Shown here piece by piece: positions 28,201 to 36,385 of a stretch of DNA of 56,106 bases. Under the pieces are notes generated by a model. That model saw only the letters and a list, made by a program, of their open reading frames with translations. It was not told the origin of the DNA and did no database searches. Within the stretch, counting starts at the first letter, position 1; the number at the start of each line of letters is the position of its first letter. Origin of the DNA: Clostridiales bacterium (GTDB taxonomy: Bacteria > Bacillota > Clostridia > Lachnospirales > Lachnospiraceae). The stretch is from NCBI GenBank assembly GCA_021204005.1, contig JAJQAD010000144.1:1-56106 (forward strand), read 5' to 3'. The translations under genes and the position numbers were made by a program.

Positions 28201-28717
28201 GGTGCGCGTCCGCGATGGCGAGCAGGCGATGATCGGAGGTATGATCGCGGGGAAGACGATCAAATATACAAAGAAAAACCAGACCATGGCGTTTCTGACC
28301 ATCGAAGATATTTACGGTACCGTTGAGGTGATTGTCTTTCCGCAGAGCTATGAGAAGTATAACCGGATGCTGAACCCGGATGATAAGGTTTTCATCCGCG
28401 GCCGCGTGTCGGTGGAGGAGGATAAGAACGCGAAGCTGATCTGCGAGCAGATCTATTCTTTTGACGATGCGAAGCGGGAACTCTGGATTCAGTTTCCGAC
28501 CATGGAGGCGTACAAATCCATGGAAGCGGAGGTGTTTGCGCTTCTGCGTCAGTCCGATGGCCAGGACCAGGTGGCGTTTTATGTGGCGAATCCGCGTGCT
28601 GTCAGAAAGCTTGGCCCCAATATGGGGGTTTCAGCGGACCGGGAGCTGATTTCGGCGCTGGGTGTAAAACTTGGTGAAAAAAATGTCAAAGTTTTGGAAA
28701 AACGGATTGAAAAATAA
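25247..28717 (+). CDS. dnaE: DNA polymerase III alpha subunit
   Basis: PHP domain FVHLHVHTEYSLLDG, GRGSAAGS, FERFLNPER.SMPDIDVDF, KMDFLGL, YAFNKSHAAAY. Confidence 0.98.
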   Translation: MSFVHLHVHTEYSLLDGSNKISEYVERVKELGMNAAAITDHGVMYGVIDFYRAAKKAGIRPILGCEVYVAPGSRFDREQGRGEDRYYHLVLLAENNTGYANLMKLVSKGFVDGYYYKPRVDMEILNQYHEGLIALSACLAGEVQRFLTRGMYEDAKRAAYRYEECFGKGNFFLELQDHGIAEQTLVNQQLMRMHEETGIDLVATNDVHYTFAEDVEPHDILLCLQTGKKLSDEDRMRYEGGQYYVKSEEEMRRLFAYVPEALDNTQKIADRCEVEIEFGVTKLPRFDVPEGYTSWEYLNKLCYEGLERLYPADRIPELKQKLEYELGVIQKMGYVDYFLIVWDFIRYAREHDIMVGPGRGSAAGSLVAYSLGITKLDPIRYNLLFERFLNPERVSMPDIDVDFCYERRQEVIDYVVRKYGKDRVVQIVTFGTLAARNVIRDVGRVMDLPYAVCDKIAKMIPNELGITIDKALNMNHELRELYQSDPEVGKLIDMAKRLEGLPRHTSMHAAGVVISQKSVDEYVPLSRGSDGSITTQFTMTTLEELGLLKMDFLGLRTLTVIQDAVRNVETTHGIKLDMDAIDYNDAAVLASLSTGKCDGVFQLESAGMKSFMKELKPQSLEDVIAGISLYRPGPMDFIPAYIRGKNNPESITYDCPQLEPILAPTYGCIVYQEQVMQIVRDLAGYTLGRSDLVRRAMSKKKTDVMARERQNFVYGNEEEGVPGCIANGISEHVANKIFDEMTDFAKYAFNKSHAAAYAVVSYQTAYLKYYYPVEFMAALMTSVIDKSSKVSEYIQVCRQMGISVLPPDINEGVSGFSVSGSSIRYGLSAIKSVGRPVIDSIIEERSAGGLFRSLEDFIERMAGKEVTRRAIENFIKAGAFDGLGGNRHQFMMVYSSILDSVNQERKHSMAGQMSLFDLVGEEEKARYEVRLPEVDEFPKEELLAMEKEVLGIYVSGHPLEEYEEKWRKNITHVTGDFLLDEETGEVRVRDGEQAMIGGMIAGKTIKYTKKNQTMAFLTIEDIYGTVEVIVFPQSYEKYNRMLNPDDKVFIRGRVSVEEDKNAKLICEQIYSFDDAKRELWIQFPTMEAYKSMEAEVFALLRQSDGQDQVAFYVANPRAVRKLGPNMGVSADRELISALGVKLGEKNVKVLEKRIEK

Positions 28718-28778
28718 GTGAGAAAGTATTAAACTAGATGCGATAGTGATATAGATAGGAAAGGAAGGATTTTCTGTT

Positions 28779-30026
28779 ATGACAAGAAATGTTATCGTAG
28801 GACAGTCGGGAGGACCGACCGCAGCGATCAATGCAAGCCTTGCGGGAGTTTATCTCACCGCCAAAGAGTGCGGAGCAAAAACCGTATACGGTATGCTTAA
28901 TGGTATCCAGGGTCTGCTGGAGGGAAGATATATTGATCTCTCCGAGCATGTGAAGGATGGACTGGATGCTGAACTGTTAAAGAGAACCCCGTCTTCATTC
29001 CTGGGTTCCTGCCGTTATAAACTGCCGGCAGCCGAGGGCAACGAGGAAGTTTATAAGAAAGTTTTTGCAACCCTGGCCGAACTGGATATTGAGGTATTTA
29101 TTTATATCGGCGGCAATGACTCCATGGATACGATCAATAAGCTGTCCCAGTATGCGCAGAGCATCGGAAGCGAGATCCGCTTTATCGGCTGCCCGAAGAC
29201 TGTGGATAATGATCTGGCTCTGACCGATCACACACCGGGATACGGCAGTGCGGCAAAATATATTGCGATTTCCATGAAAGAGCTGATCCGCGACAGCTTT
29301 ACCATCGACTTTAAGCAGGGTATGTGCACAATCGTAGAGATTATGGGTCGGAACGCCGGATGGCTGACCGGAGCGGCAGCTCTGGCGAAGGATGAGGACT
29401 GCCAGGGACCGGATCTGATTTATCTGCCGGAGATTCCTTTTGATATTGAGGCGTTCAAGGCGAAGGTAAAAGATCTTCTCTCAAAGAAAGTTTCCGTTGT
29501 TGTGGCAGTATCTGAGGGCATTCACACGGCGGACGGCACCTATGTATGTGAGCTCGGCAACAGCGTAGACTTTGTCGACGCGTTCGGACACAAGCAGCTT
29601 TCCGGCACGGCTTCTTATCTGGCCGGATATATTGCAAATGAGTTTGGCTGCAAGACCCGTGCAATCGAGTTTTCCACGCTGCAGCGTGCAGGCTCCCATG
29701 TAGCTTCCCTTACAGATATTTCTGAAGGTTTTGAGGCCGGTAAGGCAGCGATCAAAGCGGCGGACGAGGGCAAGACAGGTCTGATGGTTGTCTTTGAGAG
29801 AACTTCCCAGGATCCGTACAAGTGCGGCACTGCGCTTCGCGATGTGAACAAGATCGCGAACGACGAGAGAGTTGTTCCGAGAGAGTGGGTCAACGAGGAC
29901 GGTGATTATGTAACGGACGAGTTTATCGCTTACGCGAAGCCGCTGATTCAGGGCGAGCTTGCTCCGATTATGGTGAACGGACTTCCGAGACATCTGGCTG
30001 TGCCGGACGGACTGCGGGAGAGATAG
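28779..30026 (+). CDS. pfp: Pyrophosphate-dependent 6-phosphofructokinase
   Basis: GQSGGPTAAIN; GGNDS (Asp) and PKTVDND (Lys) are the PPi-specificity residues; MGRNAGW. Confidence 0.85.
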   Translation: MTRNVIVGQSGGPTAAINASLAGVYLTAKECGAKTVYGMLNGIQGLLEGRYIDLSEHVKDGLDAELLKRTPSSFLGSCRYKLPAAEGNEEVYKKVFATLAELDIEVFIYIGGNDSMDTINKLSQYAQSIGSEIRFIGCPKTVDNDLALTDHTPGYGSAAKYIAISMKELIRDSFTIDFKQGMCTIVEIMGRNAGWLTGAAALAKDEDCQGPDLIYLPEIPFDIEAFKAKVKDLLSKKVSVVVAVSEGIHTADGTYVCELGNSVDFVDAFGHKQLSGTASYLAGYIANEFGCKTRAIEFSTLQRAGSHVASLTDISEGFEAGKAAIKAADEGKTGLMVVFERTSQDPYKCGTALRDVNKIANDERVVPREWVNEDGDYVTDEFIAYAKPLIQGELAPIMVNGLPRHLAVPDGLRER

Positions 30027-30156
30027 AAAAACAGGAGACCATTCAGAACATCAGACCACAGACCGCCCTGGCGGGCTATATGCCGAAATAAGACAGCGCC
30101 ATATGTCTGAGACTGTTCTGAACTGTTATAAATAATATAAAAAGGAGGACTTTATC

Positions 30157-31110
30157 ATGGGATTAGTTACCACAACTGAAATGTTTCAGAAGGCTTACAA
30201 CGGCGGTTATGCCATCGGCGCTTTCAATGTAAACAATATGGAGATCGTGCAGGGCATCACAGAGGCAGCCGGAGAGCTGAACAGCCCTGTTATCCTTCAG
30301 GTTTCCAAGGGAGCCCGCGCATACGCGAACCACACTTACCTGGTGAAGCTGGTAGAGGCTGCCATCATTGAGAACCCGGATATCCCGATCGCTCTGCATC
30401 TGGATCACGGCGACAGCTTTGAGCTTTGCAAGAGCTGCATTGACGGCGGATTTACTTCCGTTATGATCGATGCGTCATCCAAGCCTTTTGATGAGAATAT
30501 TGAGCTGACAAAGAAGGTCGTAGAGTATGCACATGCACACGGTGTAGTTGTCGAGGCTGAGCTCGGCACACTGGCCGGTGTTGAGGATGAGGTATGTGTG
30601 GAAGCCGGCAAAGAGATGTACACCCGTCCGGAAGAAGTGGAAGAGTTCGTATCCCGGACAGGCTGTGATTCCCTGGCTATCGCCATCGGAACCTCCCACG
30701 GCGCATATAAGTTCAAACCCGGCACAAAGCCTCAGCTTCGTTTTGACGTTCTGGAGGAGTGCACCAAGAGGCTTCCCGGATTCCCCATCGTTCTTCACGG
30801 TTCCTCTTCCGTACCGCAGGAGTTCGTTGAGATGGTGAACCAGTACGGCGGAAATATGCCGGGAGCGATCGGTGTTCCGGAAGAGCAGCTGCGTCACGCC
30901 GCTGAGCTCTCCGTCTGCAAGATCAACATCGACTCCGATATCCGTCTTGCCATGACAGGCAACATCCGCAAATACTTCGCGGAGCATCCGGATCACTTTG
31001 ATCCCCGCCAGTATTTAAAGCCGGCTCGTCAGGCAGTCAAGGATATGGTTGCACATAAGATTGTCAATGTTCTCGGCAGTGCAGGAAAAGCTGCGGACAT
31101 GACAAAGTAA
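30157..31110 (+). CDS. fba: Class II fructose-1,6-bisphosphate aldolase
   Basis: YAIGAFN, LHLDHG, VEAELG, AIGTSHG, LHGSS, KINID. Confidence 0.96.
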   Translation: MGLVTTTEMFQKAYNGGYAIGAFNVNNMEIVQGITEAAGELNSPVILQVSKGARAYANHTYLVKLVEAAIIENPDIPIALHLDHGDSFELCKSCIDGGFTSVMIDASSKPFDENIELTKKVVEYAHAHGVVVEAELGTLAGVEDEVCVEAGKEMYTRPEEVEEFVSRTGCDSLAIAIGTSHGAYKFKPGTKPQLRFDVLEECTKRLPGFPIVLHGSSSVPQEFVEMVNQYGGNMPGAIGVPEEQLRHAAELSVCKINIDSDIRLAMTGNIRKYFAEHPDHFDPRQYLKPARQAVKDMVAHKIVNVLGSAGKAADMTK

Positions 31111-31170
31111 ATGAATCTGTAGAAGAGACCCCCGGTGCATTTTGCTGAAATCAATATAACCGGGATATAA

Positions 31171-31207
31171 GCCTCCGCTTTCCCGGAAGAGAGAGCGGAG
31201 GTTTTTT
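31171..31207 (+). terminator. Intrinsic terminator after fba
   Basis: GCCTCCGCTTTC / GAGAGCGGAGGT followed by a T-run. Confidence 0.85.
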
Positions 31208-31270
31208 AAACTGATAGTTTATGTAGAATAGAATTTATATCCCGGGATTTGTTTGTCTGAAATGGTGTGT

Positions 31271-31632
31271 TATACGGATGAAAACATCTTACCAGGCAAA
31301 ATTGTCAGCATGTATATAAAAATATACGGACGAAAAAACAAGAATAGTGAATTAAATCCGTATGAAATGTAAAAGCATACGGACGAGAAAGTAAGAATAG
31401 TGAATCTGGTCCATATGGAATGTAAAAGCATACGGACGAAAAAAGCAGGAATAGTGAATTTGGTCTGTATGGAGTGTAAAAATATACGGACGAAAAAGCA
31501 GAAATAGTGAATTTGGTCTGTATGGAGTGTAAAAGCATACGGACGAAAAAAGCAGGAATAATGAATTCAGTCCGTATAGAGTGTAAAAAGCATACGGACG
31601 AATTTATCGAGAGGACAGGATTGGTACGTATG
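31271..31632. repeat. Array C: 7 units of 52-55 bp, CATACGGAC-N~24-GTCCGTATG-N~11
   Basis: ATACGGA at 31272, 31324, 31377, 31430, 31484, 31537, 31592; inverted TCCGTAT variants at 31305, 31357, 31410, 31464, 31517, 31571, 31625. Confidence 0.92.
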
Positions 31633-31733
31633 GCATGTAAAAAACACATGACAAGTCCGTGGTACATAACGAAAAAACAATGATAACATATTTACTGTAT
31701 ATAGAGGAGAGTCAGCGACAGGAGGATTCAGTT

Positions 31734-32702
31734 ATGGGAAAAGAAGTGCAGACAATCGGCGTACTGACGAGCGGCGGCGATGCGCCGGGCATGAATGCGG
31801 CCATCCGTGCGGTGGTCAGGGAAGCCCTTGCAAAAGGGAAAAAGGTAAAGGGAATTCTACGTGGATACGCGGGATTGCTGGATGAGGATATCATTGATAT
31901 GAATGCCCAGAGCGTTTCCAATATCCTCCAGCGCGGCGGCACGATTCTGGAGACGGCCCGGTGTCTGGAGTTTTGCACGGAGGAAGGGCAGCAACGCGGC
32001 GCGGAGGTCTGCAGGAAGCAGGGCATCGACGGCATTGTGGTCATCGGCGGCGACGGTTCGTTCCGGGGAGCGCAGAAGCTGGCTGCGCACGGTATCAATA
32101 CCATCGGAGTTCCGGGCACGATCGACCTGGACATTGCCTGTACCGATTATACCATCGGCTTTGACACGGCGGTAAATACGGCGATGGATGCCATTGATAA
32201 GATCCGCGATACGGCCTCCTCGCACCAGCGCTGCAGTATCATTGAGGTCATGGGGCGTCACGCGGGTTACATTGCTCTGTGGTGCGGGCTGGCCAACGGT
32301 GCGGAGCAGGTGCTGATCCCGGAAAAATATGACTACGATGAGCAGAAGATTGTGGACGATATCATCGCCAACCGGAAGCGCGGAAAACGGCACTATATCA
32401 TCATCAATGCGGAAGGGATCGGACATTCGACCTCCATGGCGCGGCGGTTTGAGGCGGCTACGGGAATGGAGACCCGGGCGACGATTCTGGGTCACATGCA
32501 GAGAGGCGGCAGCCCGACCTGTAAAGATCGTGTGTACGCTTCCACGATGGGAGCCATGGCGGCGGATCTGCTTTGCGAGGGCAAGAGCAATCGCGTGGTG
32601 GCATACAAGGACGGTCAGTTTGTAGATTTTGATATCGATGAGGCGCTGGTCATGCAGAAGGATTTCTCTGAGTACCAATATGATCTGGCGGGCAGGATAT
32701 AG
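31734..32702 (+). CDS. pfkA: ATP-dependent 6-phosphofructokinase
   Basis: TSGGDAPGMNAAIR, GGDGS, PGTID, MGRHAG, LGHMQRGG; ATG after GGAGG. Confidence 0.96.
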   Translation: MGKEVQTIGVLTSGGDAPGMNAAIRAVVREALAKGKKVKGILRGYAGLLDEDIIDMNAQSVSNILQRGGTILETARCLEFCTEEGQQRGAEVCRKQGIDGIVVIGGDGSFRGAQKLAAHGINTIGVPGTIDLDIACTDYTIGFDTAVNTAMDAIDKIRDTASSHQRCSIIEVMGRHAGYIALWCGLANGAEQVLIPEKYDYDEQKIVDDIIANRKRGKRHYIIINAEGIGHSTSMARRFEAATGMETRATILGHMQRGGSPTCKDRVYASTMGAMAADLLCEGKSNRVVAYKDGQFVDFDIDEALVMQKDFSEYQYDLAGRI

Positions 32703-32770
32703 GTATCATTACAAGATAAGGTTTTTGTCCCTGACAACAGAATAATCCCAGGAAAACAGGTGGTACACAA

Positions 32771-33691
32771 ATGATCACAAGTACCGGCAACGCGCAGGTC
32801 AGAAATATCGTACAATTAAAAAAGAAGGCAAAGGAGCGCAGGAAGCAGATGCTCTATGTGGTGGAGGGTGTGCGGATGTTTTCCGAGGCACCGGCAGATC
32901 AGATTGAGAGTATCTATCTCTCTGCTTCCTTTGCGTCCGATGCGAAAAATATGGATCTGCTGCGCGGGAAACGCTATGAAGTTCTGGCAGATTCTGTGTT
33001 TGAATATGTCTCAGACACCAGGACGCCCCAGGGAATTCTGTGCCTGATGCGGATGCAGCAATATGGGTTGGAAGACATTTTGTTAATTCGTAAGGGAAAA
33101 ATGAATGCCACGCAGAATTTTGGCGGGAAAGAGAATGAATCATACTGTCAGAAAAAGGATGAGACAACTGCTGCATCAGAGAAGAGTAATGGAAGCATCA
33201 CAGATCATGCTTTTGTGAACAGCCGACATCAGGCGGGTCTCTGGCTTATCCTGGAGAATCTGCAGGATCCCGGCAACCTCGGTACGATGTTTCGCACCGG
33301 GGAGGGCGCAGGAATTGCAGGGGTGATCATGGATCGGTCGACAGCGGACATTTATAATCCAAAGACAATCCGTTCCACGATGGGAAGTATTTTCCGTGTA
33401 CCTTTTTATATCACGGATAATCTGCAGGAGACGATACGGCTGGTAAAAGTCCGCGGTATCCGAATTTTTGCCGCGCATCTGGAGGGCAGCAGTGCATATG
33501 ATGCGCAGGATTATACGGGTGATACTGCTTTTCTGATTGGAAATGAAGGCAACGGATTGACGGAGCAGGCGGCTGGTCTTGCTGACCGCAATATCCGCAT
33601 TCCCATGCACGGGCAGGTGGAGTCTCTGAATGCGGCGATGGCGGCGGGGATTCTGATGTATGAGGCGGATCGGCAGAGGCGCAGGGGATGA
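32771..33691 (+). CDS. TrmH/SpoU family RNA methyltransferase with a ~45-aa insertion
   Basis: LQDPGNLGT, IGNEGNG and IPM...ESLNAA SPOUT motifs. Confidence 0.92.
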   Translation: MITSTGNAQVRNIVQLKKKAKERRKQMLYVVEGVRMFSEAPADQIESIYLSASFASDAKNMDLLRGKRYEVLADSVFEYVSDTRTPQGILCLMRMQQYGLEDILLIRKGKMNATQNFGGKENESYCQKKDETTAASEKSNGSITDHAFVNSRHQAGLWLILENLQDPGNLGTMFRTGEGAGIAGVIMDRSTADIYNPKTIRSTMGSIFRVPFYITDNLQETIRLVKVRGIRIFAAHLEGSSAYDAQDYTGDTAFLIGNEGNGLTEQAAGLADRNIRIPMHGQVESLNAAMAAGILMYEADRQRRRG

Positions 33692-33739
33692 CAAGATCAC
33701 CGTGTCATTTGAGATGGAACGGTGCAGGGAGGCAACCGA

Positions 33740-34003
33740 ATGAGGCTTTGGGCGAAAGAGTGGAAAAATAACCGCATGCTGCGGGATATGACGGTCAGCG
33801 ATGACAGTGCGGATACAAGGACGCACAAGATTTTTCATGCCCTGGATGAAGTCTGCTATGCGTTTGACCTGGGAAAACCCATCTGGCTGGACGCGAATAT
33901 CGAGGAATTCAGGCGGCACGCGAAAACCCGGTTTTATCAGGACAGTTTCATTGAGAATATATCGTTTGACTTTCTGGAAATACAGGTGATTGAGGAAGAT
34001 TAG
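33740..34003 (+). CDS. Small conserved hypothetical protein
   Basis: ATG after GGAGG; MRLWAKEWKNNRMLRD...FDLGKPIWL...F.QDSF.E...FDFLEI. Confidence 0.75.
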   Translation: MRLWAKEWKNNRMLRDMTVSDDSADTRTHKIFHALDEVCYAFDLGKPIWLDANIEEFRRHAKTRFYQDSFIENISFDFLEIQVIEED

Positions 34004-34050
34004 TACAGTATATCCCAAAGATTCAACGCAAATGAGCGAAGAGGAGAGAG

Positions 34051-34455
34051 TTGCGCATGTCGGAAAAATCATGTGCTGTAAAAACGATTCAAAAAAAACT
34101 TTCATCCGGCACGAGCATTGAGGTTCGCATGGAACGCGTGGGGAAAGATATGCATCTGCTTCTGACCGGCGGGACAGCCCCTCATATTGGCTGCGTGGTG
34201 ATGAGTGTACCCCGTCCCTCTCTTTCGGGAGACGGGACGGTCAGCGCTACCTCCTCCGTGATCAACGCAATCGGACACAAGGATGAGGAAATCTGCCGGA
34301 TCCTGGCAGAGGCAGTCTGCCGTGCGCATCAGTGCCTTGTGGTGTGTGTCGGCGGATTCCATGAGGATCATTTGCAGGCAGATCAGATCGCGGAGATAAA
34401 GCGGGTGGTGGCGGAGGAACTGATTCCGCAGTTGACGAATTTATATACAACATGA
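34051..34455 (+). CDS. lpdD: LpdD-like prenylated-flavin chaperone
   Basis: G.D..L.LTGG..PHIG...GHKD...V..G.H pattern; adjacent to ubiX. Confidence 0.7.
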   Translation: MRMSEKSCAVKTIQKKLSSGTSIEVRMERVGKDMHLLLTGGTAPHIGCVVMSVPRPSLSGDGTVSATSSVINAIGHKDEEICRILAEAVCRAHQCLVVCVGGFHEDHLQADQIAEIKRVVAEELIPQLTNLYTT

Positions 34456-34577
34456 TAGGACGGCCGTTAGTAATCCATAGTTATCGCAGGATTCCGGTTT
34501 GGAATCAGTCTTGCCTGGAAAAGAATTGATTGCAACGAGGACAGCAGGTAAAATAATCTGTGTGACAGGAGGTAGCT

Positions 34578-35159
34578 ATGAAGAAAAAGCGGATTATTGT
34601 GGCGGCAACCGGAGCCAGCGGATTTCCCATATTAGAGACTGTATTGAAACTGCTCCGTCAGGATGGAAGTATGGAGGTGCATCTGATTGTAAGCGACAGT
34701 GCAAAGCTGACGATGGAGCACGAGATACGTCGTACGGCGGAGGAACTGGGAGGATATGCGGATTTTGTGTATCAGCCGGAGGAAATCTGGGCGGGGCCGG
34801 CCAGCGGCACTTTCCGGACAGAAGGAATGCTGATTGTGCCCTGCAGCATGAAGACAGTAGCGGGGATTCACAGCGGCTATGCGGAAAATCTGATTCTGCG
34901 GGCGGCGGATGTGACGATCAAGGAGCAGCGCACTCTGGTGCTGGCGGCGCGAGAGACACCGTTGTCTGCCATTCATCTTAAGAATCTGTATGAATTGTCG
35001 TTGCTGCCCGGCGTGCGTATTATCCCGCCGATGATGACATTTTACCATCAGCCGGAAAATATGGAAGATATGGTTTATCACACGGCGGCAAAGCTGGTGG
35101 AACCGTTTGGCGTGGAGGTAGAAAATTACTGCCGTTGGACCGGTGGTGAGATTTTCTGA
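34578..35159 (+). CDS. ubiX: UbiX family flavin prenyltransferase
   Basis: ATGASG, ASG, PCSMKT.A, LILRAADVTIKE.R.LVL..RETP, FY..P; own candidate promoter TTGATT-17-TAAAAT (34526-34554). Confidence 0.93.
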   Translation: MKKKRIIVAATGASGFPILETVLKLLRQDGSMEVHLIVSDSAKLTMEHEIRRTAEELGGYADFVYQPEEIWAGPASGTFRTEGMLIVPCSMKTVAGIHSGYAENLILRAADVTIKEQRTLVLAARETPLSAIHLKNLYELSLLPGVRIIPPMMTFYHQPENMEDMVYHTAAKLVEPFGVEVENYCRWTGGEIF

Positions 35160-35240
35160 TTTGGGCTCTCAACGCTATGAAGTGGAACGCAAGCGCTCCA
35201 TTTATGATTTTGAGACTCTCATCATATAATTCCAGAATCG

Positions 35241-35274
35241 GGCTGTTCCCGCGGAGGAGGGGGCGGCTTTTTTT
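35241..35274 (+). terminator. Probable terminator after ubiX
   Basis: GCTGTTCCC / GGGGCGGC stem followed by T7. Confidence 0.55.
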
Positions 35275-35444
35275 CGTGCGGCGACAACGGAAAGTGTGGG
35301 TACGGAGAGGAGAGGAACGGCGGTCAGTGATACATGGAAAAAAAGCTGGAAACTTTTTCCGGAAGCAGGCTGATTCCTTCCCCGGCTGTGACAGCTCCGA
35401 GAATCGATTCCATACGGGCGGTGCGCAGGATATCCGGTCACATA

Positions 35445-36173
35445 TTAGAATTGGTGAATAATTTCATGCAGAATCCGTTTTTCATTTGCTCTGCTGTAAT
35501 CGCTTAATCTCCAGGTTCGGATTCGTTGTTTTACAATTACAGGAATTAAAAATCCGTGTTCTGAAAGTTTTGCACATCGATTAATGATGGTTTTGTTTGT
35601 AACGCCGAGTTGTTTGCTGACTTCAATAGGGGCAAACTCATACATATGGTTTTGCAGCAGGAAAATCAAAAACTGTTTTTCACGTGCGTTTAGCCGGGAG
35701 AGACTTTCGGTCAGTTCCTTTTCCCCGGATGATTCAGAAAGTTCGCATATCTTCTGAGAATACAGTTCCAGCATTCGCAGAAAATAATTCACCCAGATTT
35801 CCGGATGAGGCGGGGTTTCCCGTCCTGAGTAATAGAGCGCGGGCAGTCCCATTTGCAGCGATGCGTAATATTCGTCAGGGTCGTAAGCAAAGTATTCTTC
35901 CAGTGAACCGATTCCGTGAAAACCATATCCGTAATAGTCGAGCATATATCCCGAAACAAGACGGGCTGTCCGGCCGTTTCCGTCTTCAAAAGGATGAATG
36001 GTGACTAATTGATAGTGAACAATGGCAGCGATGATAAGCGGATGATCATCGGTAGTTGTCACATAATCAACTAATTCATCTAACAGGGCGGGAATGTCAG
36101 TGTATTCCGGGGGAATATATTCAGGGACGCCGCTGGCGGAGTCATAGACAGCAAACAGCACCCCCGGAGGCAT
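35445..36173 (-). pseudogene. Fic domain protein with C-terminal HTH, probably 5'-truncated
   Basis: Canonical HPFEDGNGRTAR; reading frame continues upstream (EKIGLRGA) and hits a stop after 11 codons; no strong SD; no (S/T)xxxE(G/N) helix. Confidence 0.65.
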
Positions 36174-36385
36174 GGCACCCCGTAGGCCGATTTTTTCACT
36201 ACTTTTTCACTATTTTTACACTAACGAAAAGTGAAAACTAATTGCCTGTGAAGTCAGTTTCTGTTATTATTGTAATGATATTGGCATGTTCGGAATATTA
36301 TGTCTGAATTGGATTGTGATGTAATCACGATATACAGATTTAAGATGCTGAACAACAAAATTAACAGAAAAAAGGGGAGTTTACT

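Noticed and set aside
21725-31632. Calling arrays A, B or C CRISPR arrays
   Set aside because: A and B conserve only 6-bp arms rather than a 23-47-bp repeat, C has near-identical spacers, and there are no cas genes in the window.
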